Shown here: in pieces, positions 42,653-54,298 of the stretch
How the letters are laid out: each line of letters opens with the position of its first letter
How positions within the stretch are numbered: the stretch's first letter is position 1
Assembly (NCBI GenBank): GCA_905331295.1
Contig: CAJNYD010000551.1
Location: forward strand, 62,001-126,000
Reading direction: 5' to 3'
Source: Rotaria socialis
Taxonomy: Eukaryota
Length of the DNA stretch: 64,000 nt
Program-made: the position numbers and the translations under genes
The notes under the pieces: generated by a model
The model's input: the letters and a program-made list of their open reading frames with translations, nothing else
The model's database searches: none
What the model was told of the DNA's origin: nothing

Positions 42653-44527
42653 ATGTTCATAAAGGCTTTCTTTCTATTGATCAGCTATTGTTATGCAGCT
42701 GAGGTAAGACTTCATTTAATCTAAGCATCTTTTATAAGTACTAAATCTATGAGCACCAAGATCTAAACGCTAAAATAGAAATGAAGTCTTCCTACAATAG
42801 AAATGAATTAATTGACGCTAAATTATTCTTATTATATGTCATAATAATAATAATAATAATATTGTTCTTTTTAGAAACTATCATCGTACAATGTCGATCC
42901 AAGTGAAACATCTGTCTCTGGTTTGTCATCTGGTGCATTTTTTGCCACACAAATGCACGTAGCATTTTCGGCTTCAATAAAAGGTGCGGGAATCGTAGCC
43001 GGTGGCCCATATAATTGTGCAGGGCAAACGAGTTATACAGGTTGCATGTACACGAGTAGTCCATCGATTACTCAATCTATTTCAAATACAAAATCATGGA
43101 GTGGAAACAAAATTGATGACATAAAAAATCTAGCAAAGCAGAGAATTTACATGATCTCCGGAACTGCAGACAGCACTGTGGGTCCTTCAGTCATGAATCA
43201 ATTATATAAATACTATGTAACTGACGGTAAATTCATTCCAAGTGAAAATGTTGTATTCAAAAAAGATCTGAATTCGGCACATACATTTCCCACTGATTTT
43301 GATAGTGCTGGTAATAATGGTTGTGGATCCACAAGTAGTCCTTACATAAGCAATTGCGGCTTTGATGGAGCACGAGCTATACTTGAACATATTTATGGAC
43401 CATTGAAACCAAGAAATAATGGAGCATTAACAGGAAAATTTATTGAATTTAATCAAGACGAATTCATTGCCAGCGCCAGAGCTAACGGAATGAGTACTAC
43501 GGCGTGGGTTTATGTACCTAAAAGTTGTTCTGATGGAGATACTTGTAGATTACATCTTGCTTATCATGGTTGCTTGCAAGGCTACGAAAAAATTTCTGAT
43601 AAATACGTTAAAAATACAGGATACAATCGTTGGGCTGATACCAACAATTTCATAATTTTATATCCACAAGCGGTAGCAACAAATACAGTCAACTCAGCAG
43701 GTGGAGCATCAATTCCAAACCCGAATGGTTGCTGGGATTGGGTGGGTTGGTACGGAGCTGATTTTAGCGTTAAAAGTGGTAAACAATCTGCAGCTGCGAA
43801 AAAAATGATTGATCGTATCACGAGCGGTTTTAATCCCATCGATGCACCGACAGAACTTCAGGTTCTTGCAACTACTGACAATCAAGTTACTCTTGGATGG
43901 AGAGCAGTTTCAAGTGCAACTGGTTATAATCTTTACCGAAATGGTGCTAAAGCTAATAGTGGAATAATAACTGGTACAACATTTACAAATAATAATTTAA
44001 ATTCGGGTACATCATATACATATACGGTCAAAGCTGTTTCATCGGCAGGCTCTGAAAGTGCGGCATTCAATTCAGTAACTGGTAAAACAACAGGTGCACC
44101 ACCAGCTATAAGTGCACCGGACGGATTAACAGCTTCGGATATATCTAGTAATTCGATGACTTTGAATTGGAATTCAGTTTCCGGTGTAACAACATATAAT
44201 GTTTATCGCGATGGGAATAAGTTGACCAGTGTTAGTCTCACATCATACGCTGATAAAAACTTGGTTTCTGGAACTAGTTATCGATATCAAGTTTCTTCAG
44301 TAAAAGATTCGTCTGAAAGTGAAAAATCCAATGAATTACAAGCAACAACACTTACTGAAAAGGTATGTTTCAATGATAATAACTTTAATCACGTAGCTCA
44401 ACGCAGAGCTATTAACAGCATGGGCTATGCATTAGCTGTTGGTTCAAATCAAAATATGGGACTTTACAATTTATTTGTAAAAACAAATCTATGCAAGACA
44501 AAAGAAAACTACTACGAAATCAACTAG
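42653..44527 (+). CDS. phaZ: Secreted poly(3-hydroxybutyrate) depolymerase (PhaZ-like; catalytic type II + 2x FN3 + PHB-binding domain), 2 exons, about 567 aa
   Basis: Exon 1 42653-42703 encodes signal peptide MFIKAFFLLISYCYAAE. Intron 42704-42874 (GTAAG...TTTTAG, phase 0). Exon 2 42875-44527 begins KLSSYNVDPSETSVSGLSSGAF and has the lipase box GLSSG, GTADSTV (Asp), AHTFPTD (His), YHGCLQ and NPNGCWDWVG, then two FN3 repeats and a C-terminal NNFNHVAQRRA...AVGSNQNMGLYN...YY substrate-binding motif. Confidence 0.92.
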
Positions 44528-45435
44528 TCGGAATATGAATAGAAAACAAGCCTAAGTCCAACAATTAAAATAAACATTTTCAAACAGTATACTTTCCATT
44601 CATAAAATCATTTATTGCTACAATGAATTCTATTTTAATTATTTTTTTATTTGATTGTGCCGTTATGATTCATTTTTCCAATATTCATATTTTAAATGAA
44701 TAATTCACATCTGTATATTTACTACATTTTGTCTATAACAACAAAGGGTGGGGGACGTCAACAGCCGAAATCGCCCCCCCCCCTGTCTTTTTATTTTTCA
44801 TTATGCTAGTTTTGACGCTACATCGACATTTTAAGCCACGTTTAATCATTATATAAAATCTAGACATCATCTGCATTACTTTTTCTATTGCACTAAAATC
44901 CACTGTATTTCCTTTGGGGAACCGATCATTTTAATGAAATATTTCAGTTATCATTGTTCATATTTATCTTAATTTACCCGTCGGATTGTAGCCCTTGTCA
45001 CGCTCTCTTTGATGGTATGTCAACATATGAGAAAAGCTACTGAATTTTATTATGACATCGCCGGCACATCATACAAAAGATCTAGTAAAGGTGTATACCG
45101 ATGATGGTATTTCTCGCAAAATACTTAGGTAACAATGTCGGTTCACTCTTATTTACATATTATTCGATAGAGAATTTCGAGATCTACAAAATGATGATAA
45201 AAAAAATACGAAACGTGTGCAGAAAGACAGTTTCGCTTTTCTTGATACTGAACTTTGCGTTCGGCATTTCTTTGTCGTTGGTTCGATATTTTTCACTTTT
45301 TTGTGTAGAATTTTCTTATAGTATCTAGCGTATTGAGTATTCAGTATTCATGGTGTTTATGAATTATAAAATGTCAAATGACCAAAATTGCATTCAGATA
45401 CTGGAAAAATAAAAACAGGCATTGACTGATAAAAT

Positions 45436-45541
45436 CAAGGGGGAAAAGCTGATTCTATGGCGATAGAATCATCGGAATCATATAGAATCAATAAAGTCAC
45501 ATAGAATCAGTAGAATTACGGAATCAGCTTTTTCCTCCTTG
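45436..45541. mobile_element. 106-bp hAT-type MITE
   Basis: TIR CAAGGGGGAAAAGCTGATTC (45436-45455) vs GAATCAGCTTTTTCCTCCTTG (45521-45541). Perfect 8-bp TSD GATAAAAT at 45428-45435 and 45542-45549. The interior consists of TAGAATCA-like repeats. Confidence 0.88.
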
Positions 45542-47106
45542 GATAAAATGCTCTCGCGGTTGGGAAAGGCGAATCATGAGAATATGCACATTCGCAAGTA
45601 GTTTTCTTAAGTTAAGTTGTATACTCATTTTGTTTATACTGTTCACGCCAGAAATCGAAAAGAATACAAAAAAAGTAGTCAAACTCTTTTATATTAAGTG
45701 TTAACTGCGGTGCTTTCAACGTATCAAGTACATTTACATACATGGTGATAAATTCATCCAAAATGCCATGCAACGTTGATTTAGTCAAAGAATCGTATTT
45801 TTAAAACGCTAGCATCTGATTGGATTGGATTTCCTACGAGAAACATCATTTCTAACTCGATGGGTATATTCATGTTCACAGCGGGCAAATATCGACGCTT
45901 TCATTGGTCACGGGATCCTACCTTTCTTAAAGAATTCTCTTAAAACTTAGACTCACAAAAACTATTCTTTTTGTATGCGAAGATTCAGAATTTCAAGCTG
46001 CACAAGATGCTCGATTTGATATAGATTGACTTTTGTTGTAACTGGATAACAATGCCGAAATGTTTTCACTACCGTGAAAGTGCACCAAAAAATCGATAAT
46101 TGGGTAGCTTTGTAGTCGGCTTTGAAGACAGTAGAAATTAGTATCCCCATGTGCTTTTCTGTCTAAAAGCAAATACGCTTCGGCGCTTTCTCATAGTGCC
46201 TTTAAATAGTAAATAGAATACTATGTAGCAAAGAACGATGACACCTTACTCGAGTTAAGTGGCGAACAAATAGCGTTTTTGTTGCTTTCAATACTTTCGG
46301 TGCTACAATAGAACAGTACATATCTATTCAAAACTGAATAGATCAATAAAATCTGCTTGAAATGCTCTACCTTTTAGCACCAGAACCAAATTTTTCAGTA
46401 GAGTCTAACTAGAGAAAAAAGCCTATCAAAAGCCGGAAATTTCTTCTGTCTTACCCGTTAAGAAATATATTTTGATTTCCTACTGATATTTATGAGTCAA
46501 TAGAAAACGTCTACTCTATGTATACTCCATAATGTGATTTGTAAGCAATCACTGACGAATGAATTCGAAAGCAAAACTGAAGCTTGCGTCAACTTCTATA
46601 AATTTCCAAAGAAAAATGTCTAATGAAATAGAGCAAACTACATTGAAAAATTGCTTGAACCAAAAAGAAATGAATGAGTGAACCAAATCAAAGTTGACGA
46701 GTGGAAGAAATTACATATATATTTGTATTATGTATTTATTGTTTTCAAGCTGCGTATTTACAATGGAATACGATGGTTCTGTAACACTTAAGTAGTGAAA
46801 AGAGATTTTATTTTAACGCGGTTTTGAATTTCAAACCATTTTTTTCAATGCTTATTCTTAATTTGATCAAATTTTTTTTAAGTCAAAGTCCAATTCGCAC
46901 ATCACTGCATTGACCTCATTTGAACTTTTATATGAAAGTTTTCTCGAATTATGTTTTTGTTCTGTTGCTATCTTGGATTCAATTGAGATCATTCTTTTCA
47001 AGAAAATATAATCTTCAAGCAATTATAAGATTTCATGGAAATGAAAATCTAATGCATTTCTTTTTGCTAACTATTTTATTAATTCATAATATTTTTCGAA
47101 AAAAAA

Positions 47107-47623
47107 TCACGCCATTCGTTTACGAATAAATCTCAAAGCTAGACGCTTAGTGAATTCTCGTTTACGTAGCGCACGTCGCTTGTCATCATCATCATCGTCG
47201 TCATCATCATCATCATCACTATCGTCCGAATCACTACCATTTCGTTTCTTCTTTAATACTTGACGTTTTCGTTTAATATTGATTTCTCGTTTTTTATCTT
47301 CGCATACGCTATCATTATTTTCTCGTTCCAATGCCGACGATTCATCATAATGAGCACAATAGCCACGCAAAATTGCTCGATTCTTGACTGAATCATGTTG
47401 TCGTGCAGCAATATCCATGGCTTGTTCGCAAACATCTTCTCGCCATTGATCATCATCTGAATCCGAACTTGAATCATCATCACGACGACGCAATTCTCGA
47501 TATTCTTCCGGGCATGAACGGCGACGATTCGGTGAAGAGTTCACTCGAGCATTGACGACGATGAGTAACGCCATGAAGAAAATGAACGTTGAAACCGAAC
47601 TAATTTTAAGTAAAAAAATTCAT
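47107..47623 (-). CDS. Orphan, probably secreted Asp/Arg-rich protein with 4 Cys; signal peptide apparently frameshifted
   Basis: 155-aa ORF at 47107-47574. The in-frame upstream codons LLKISSVSTFIFF join the ATG at 47623 if one A is removed from the A7 run at 47612-47618. Confidence 0.6.
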
Positions 47624-49455
47624 GTTTTTTCGAATCTTTGTCTCACTAAACTATTCAGTTGCTTACTGCATATTGTCGGTTTCTATCTGATGTGTGTCTC
47701 GTTGATCAAGAAAATGATTTCAGTACGTCGTAGTTTAATCATAAGAGAAAACGAAGAAAAAGAGAAACAAAGAAGAAAAAAAATATTAGCCTAACCACGC
47801 AAACAGAATAAAGAAAAAGATTGTTAAGTTGTGATTAAAGAGACTACATAACTAACCATGTATGCAAATTTCTTATTTGGCTTCAGTTTCCTCTTCTCAT
47901 TGTTTATTCTGTTTTCCATAATATGAACAATGCTAATCACTACTTCCTGTTTGATTAATTTTACATTCTTAAAGCTTCGATCTAGGGATGGAAAAAATGA
48001 AATAGAATATTTTATATATTGATAAGTGACGACGCACATCCCTGATGCATCCAATACAGGATTTCAAGTCTGTCTCACATATTGACATTTTTCTCTTGAA
48101 CAATATCTTTTTAAATAAACATGTCATTTTCGTTCGAGTTCATGCCTAGAAAATCGAACTCAGTATGGATTCCTGTTGGTTGCAAGACGGAACACAAATT
48201 CACAGTTCCGTTTTAATAACCACAGAACATGGACTGCGTTACCAAAAATGATGTAAACATTTCAAAACTTTTTGACAAATGGGGAGAAGTCGTCTACTTC
48301 CAGGACATGTCAACATCAACTTAAAGAAAAGAAAATCACTTAGCTGTCGACTTACTTATGTCAATTTCATATAATTATAGATTCTGTCGATGAACGAGAA
48401 AGTTAAGTAACTTGTGTGGATATATAATGAGGAAAAACGAAGAAAGCAAAAATCACCATATAATAGTGTCATGCTTAAGCTACACTTACAGAGAATTCGC
48501 CTGACCATAAAATCAATCATGAAAGCGGTTTTTGCTCAGAACAAGTAATTTATCGAATTTCATTGCTCAATTCAATGATAAATGATCATTCACGAAGAAT
48601 TGGTTGCGACAGAATTGAATCCGGCCGATGTGATTTTTTTTATCTGTGTCGGTAATATTAGAAACGATCGGATCGAACCATTTGTATTGACGACATGCCA
48701 ATATTAGTCATTTTTCATTGTCCTGATTCTATTGTTCATCAAATTATCCCTATGATTAATCATGTCTACAGTCCAATCCCAAGAATAATGAGATAAACGC
48801 CTTTGTTTCGGCTCTTTCTATAATCATTACAAGTTTATAAGAAACGGACATCGCATATAAATATTCAATCTGCTTTTTACATATTGTCTTTGCATGATTG
48901 CAAAAATGAACGAGTGAAAATTGAATTCATCTTCATAGACAAGTACATCGTCTCACGCACAAGTTTTTAAGTGGCTCATCTACGATTATTATCTGGCGCG
49001 TTTCCTTATTCTCACTTAACATCGATTAGATCAGTGATAAAACGCTACAGAAAAATCCGAGGTTCGAGGGAATTAAACTGGTTAAATTGTTTTTTTTAAT
49101 TAAATGATAGCTCGATTATCGTCTTTTGTATTCATTCAATTAGGATCGTATTTTCTCTGACATTCTTATTTGAACAAGATAATATTCAATATAAATTACA
49201 TTGCTGATTACATTTATTTTCATTTGAAAAACAAAACTCTACTGAATAGCACCGTTAACAAAAAAATGAGAAAACCAAAAAAAGGTGTAAAAGCATAGGC
49301 TCAAAAACAAAAAAAGAAACATGCCAAATGAGATTTTGCGTCAGACTTTCATTGCAAAAAAAAAGAATCTTTATACAGAAAACAAACAAACGATGCATTC
49401 AGTGTAAAGAACATTAAAATCAGAGGATAGATGTGTAAGATACTGCATGAATATG

Positions 49456-50756
49456 TTATTTGTCACGTTGATCTCCTGTTGTCGTATTAAATTGAGCTAA
49501 ACTTGATGGCCAATAACGATTTATATTCGATATTTGTCGATTAGGAGTATGATGATGATGATGATGTTGATCATCTGATTCGGTTTCATACCGTTTCTTC
49601 TTTTTATTAGCTGCTAGGTCAGGATTCGATGCTTCAAGCATTGGTTGTAAAATTCGTCGACGTGCATTTATAAACCAATTATTTACTTGAAGTAAAGATA
49701 AATTCGTTTTCTGTGATATTGCTCGTTTTTCATCTTCCGTTGGATAAGGATGAACCTATGAAGAGAAGGAAAAAATATAGAATTTTAGAAATAAACGGAT
49801 GATCAGTTAGTTACAATATGTTGAAACAGCCAACTGCGCATTATTGATGTTGCACTTTTAGGAAGAACACCACGTTTCGACGGTGATGATGACGATGAAA
49901 CCATTATTGATGATTTTCGTCTCTTTGTACAAAATGAATCAAATAGCAGCGAGGAAGAATCAATGTCATGCGATGGACCACTAGACATTATTTGTGAAAA
50001 AGGTGTTTGACCATTGAATTGTGTTGTATATGGATTGGACATAGGATTTAGACCATTGTGCACTACTGACTGTTTACTAGAAACAAGAAGAAAAATGATA
50101 AAGATATTTCAGTTCAATAACTAGAGAAAGGATTAAATGATAAATGAAACATGTTCTGCTATTTTCGAGACAAAAACAAAAGGGAAATCTTACCCATAAT
50201 ATTGTTCTTTTAAAATACTTTTATCATTAATTGTAAATTCATCATCATCATTTTCTTCACTCGATTCAAAATTATCATCAATATTCGATTGAAAATCTTC
50301 GTCATCGTCATCTTCATCATCGGTAAAAATGTTATTTGCATTTAATTTAACTTTAAGACAAGCTATGTAACGTTGACAAAAATCCCGACATAAATCATTG
50401 ACTTTATCGAGTTCCAATAGATGTATACGAAGAACTTGCATTGCATCAATATAAAAATTATCAATTACTGACGATGCTTCATCCTTATGTTTCGGTGTTG
50501 TTAATAGGTCAGGATTTTTCGATAAGAATATTTTTAAATTATGTTCAAATGATGATGATGGCGTAAACGACTCGTTATTATTTAATAATAATGGTGGATT
50601 TGATGTAGCTTGTTCGCATCGTTCAAGTACATAGACAAGTACAGAAAATAATGGATGTTTATAAATTAAGTTTTTTTGAGCAGCTAGTAATTGAATATTA
50701 TTTGAATCAAGACGATTTTCATCATTATCATCATCAGATGATGAAGTCGACGACAT
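49456..50756 (-). CDS. PKNOX: TALE-class homeobox protein PKNOX/PREP, 3 exons
   Basis: MEINOX domain ([49 protein letters not shown]) and homeodomain [31 protein letters not shown]...[20 protein letters not shown]. These residues match PKNOX rather than MEIS. Confidence 0.92.
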
Positions 50757-53700
50757 TATGTATTTTTTATCGCCTACTAAAAAATTCGTACTATTGCATG
50801 TATGTACGATGAGAATTGTACAGGCAGAAAAAGAAAAGAACAATCTGTGATTGGTCGGAAACGAACTATTTTTTATTCAACAAAGAAAAGAGAAATGATT
50901 TTTGGCGTTCGATTAATTTCATTTGCGTTTTTCAGTCTTAAATTTTGGTAAATTTCCGCATAGAGGACAAGTGATTAATTCTGATTGGTCGATTACAAAA
51001 TAATACTGCGTCTTGCGACTGTTACTGTACGTTTCTTGTTTGTTCTGTTATTTATCACGAAAAGCGTAGCTACTATTCACTAGCGTCCTGCTCGGTAAAA
51101 TTGAGGTTAAACAAGATATGAAATTCAAAAGGGTAGAAGAGCAAAAGCAACAAACCACTATTTTTATCTCTTCTTTTCTTCTATCCATTTAGGATACTTA
51201 TCTTTCAGCTGCAAAGCTTTCTTCATTATCACCGGGCTAATGTAGTACATTTGATATGCTAACTATGTACCACACTTGCTAGCGGTAGATAATGAATAGA
51301 GATTTATTGATACATGTGTGCTTTTTGTGGTTTGCTATATTTTCATATTATGTCATGTTTATCCTAATAATAGCTATTGAATATGAAAGACAATTTTCAT
51401 TGAATATTTTGATTTCATATAGAGTTTTAAGAATCGATCTAAAGGATTAGTGATTGTTTTCCTGTTAGCACTTCGTATGAACAGTTTAACAGTAACATGC
51501 TCCTTTCTAATTGCCCGCATTACATATATATGATCATTTGAAAATCGACTCTCACAATTGTCTATCAATGCAAATCCATTCAGATGGGCAAAACGTATTG
51601 CCAATAATGCCCGAATTCATGCATAACAGTTTTATATATAAATCTAAGCTAACATTCGTGTTTTTTTTTCTCACACACAAATTGAAACACACTACAGTAG
51701 CAGCTGATGATAATGCATGCTAGTAATTCTCTACAGACGAGAAGATGTATAGACTGCTGTTCTCTTCTTTTAGACATCTGTCTCACAGGCACGCGTACTT
51801 TTCAGCCGTCTATCATTATCATCGGTTATTTTAAGAATATTAACATTAATGGATGGTTCCAACAAAGATTGCACAGTGATAAGCCTATTGATTAATTTAG
51901 TTTATATTTCTGTCATATAATAAACGGTATGACTAATAAATATCGAATAGATTTTCTTATTCGATTAAACTTCTAATAGAAACATGTTTCAATCATTCTT
52001 TTTCTCTACCGTAATAAGAAACCATTTTGTTACGTTTATCACATCTTTATTGCCAAGTAAATTGATAGGCCTTCATGTCGAATCGATATGAGAATTCAAG
52101 GGAAATTGTGTAGATTAACTATCATTTATATTTACTTTATCGATTCAGGAATGTTTTTCCTCTTCATACAATTATTCATATAGGAAATATGCTAACATGA
52201 ATGTACCAGATGAATTCTATATCATGTTTTTTGAAAACTAGATTTTAATATACAATTCATCGAATAATAATTGTAAATTTTGGAGAAAACTATGTTTTTT
52301 GGTAAACATTTCTCAAATGAGTGCTAGTTTAGACTAATTAAATTGAGCTAATTTGTATCGATTATCAGTGCGAAATATGAGTACTCTTAAATAACGGGTA
52401 TTCGTTTAATAGATATATTAATTATTGTAAAATTTTGAAGAGTTAGTCGACTCGATGAATTAATCAGTTGCCGAACTTGTTTAAGATCAGTTTAATATTT
52501 TCAAATGGAAGTTAGATTGCGTGTGCAAAACGTTTTCGTTTAGTTAAATCCATGCGACGGAGTTTTATTTTCCGAGAATTTATCTAATCTAACGTATACT
52601 AATTGTGTCTGCATGAATGAATCTGGAAAATATTTGGACTAGGCATTTATAGAGAAAGTAGAATATCTTTGTATTTGTAATCTTAGCGTGAAAAAATGCA
52701 GGAACAGCAAATTAATTTAGGATATACTTTTCTTGTATGATTCAAAAAGGCTTTTTGAAAAAGCTGCTCACTAGAAGCCTTGAACGTTCCTTTTTTGGTA
52801 AAAAACAATTATATACTGCCTCTCAAATAGCAGGAGTGTCATAGTTTACGTGCAAATATGTGTCTACAGTGGCCGATAGTTATTAGTTAGATCCATGCTT
52901 GAATCGGATGCAAGAAATCTTCATCCGATCTCGGATACATTGATGAGCATTATGATAAACCACAGCACCGAAAACTTGTTATCAGTAAAGGAGGCGTACA
53001 CATTTTTTTTGCAATCTGCTTCAAACAACCCAGTCTATATATATATATATATCGAAAACAATAATAATCCTGGCATCGGGTAAAATGTCGTAAAGCCTTT
53101 AAACAAATTTCCGTAATTAAAAGTCAGTTAGTCACGTTCGGATTATGTCAGGATTTTAGCGAACAAAACAAAATAATTGCGATCTTACCTTCTATCGCTA
53201 AATCACATTGCAAAGAAACAGCTTCATTGAGTGTTTTCCAACGGAAAACAACGAACGTTCCATTGGTGGAGAATGATTCTACCAATTACCGTAATTCAGA
53301 AACACTTGCTTTTTGACAGTTTCGGACTTGGTGCAACAGGTAGGACTTTTCAAAATCAGAAAGACGAATTTAATTGATCGACAAGATGCTGTCTACACTA
53401 TCGTTTTAGTAGTCCATGCTATGATATGCTTTATTGAAGATAATGAGTAAGAATATTTCTGACATGCGACGTCATGGCATTCTAAACTTTCTCAAGCCAG
53501 CAGTATCCGTCTTGATTTTCTTTATAAACTGTATAATAAATACGGTCAGAAATCAAAAACAGTTGCCTAACGAAAAATATTTCAGCTGTATGGATCATAG
53601 AAAAATCTGTCGGTCATTATTTTTCTATGCGCCTGAAACAATTCAACAAACTAATACTTTTAACATTATCCATCGAAAAAAATATTTTCTATTAATGCTA

Positions 53701-54298
53701 GATTATTCATAATCCCTTAACAATTTGCTTTGTGCAATAAACAATATTATTTAATTTGCTCATCTAAAAGATAAGCAGCGACCGCGCATGACTTCCTCTT
53801 CACAGTCTAACACATGAATTCTTGCATGATTCATCCGATGAACTTTTCAATACAGCACACACGAGGATGCTTAGAATGATCAATTATAATAACAACAAAA
53901 TAATAATAACAGCTGCTCTACTCAGAACAAAATACTGTTTCTTGCTATGCAGGACGTCTCAATCTAATTACTCTCATTTTGATTCCCAATTGGACTGTCT
54001 GCTACACTCATTGACAACGTATAACTAGAAATTTTTCTCCTAAAATCAAATCATATTGAATGTAGAACTGAAAAATGCGTAGATAATTCAAAATATATCA
54101 AAAATTTTGAATTAGACTTATAAACACTCTAAGATCATTGTCAATATGTATTCATGAAAAATCTAGAGACTAAAATCAATTGAAATATTCATGCAATAGT
54201 TTTTAAAAAAAGTTTGATTCCAACAATTTATTAGAAAACTAACTTTTTATTTATTCATGGTTAAGAAATTTTGTTCAACAAGAAATAATTTACATTGA

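Noticed and set aside
42923..44527. PHB depolymerase as bacterial contamination
   Set aside because: It has an in-frame signal exon with a canonical GT-AG intron and AT-rich codons, lacks operon context, and is contiguous with intron-rich animal genes.
44744..45330. Possible transposon remnant after the depolymerase (G-run / C-run near 44745-44783)
   Set aside because: No matching second terminus or intact coding motif could be identified.
51000..54200. Short 60-90 aa ORFs here and in other intergenic, intronic or antisense positions
   Set aside because: Composition is typical of random AT-rich ORFs, with no motifs or consistent splice structure.
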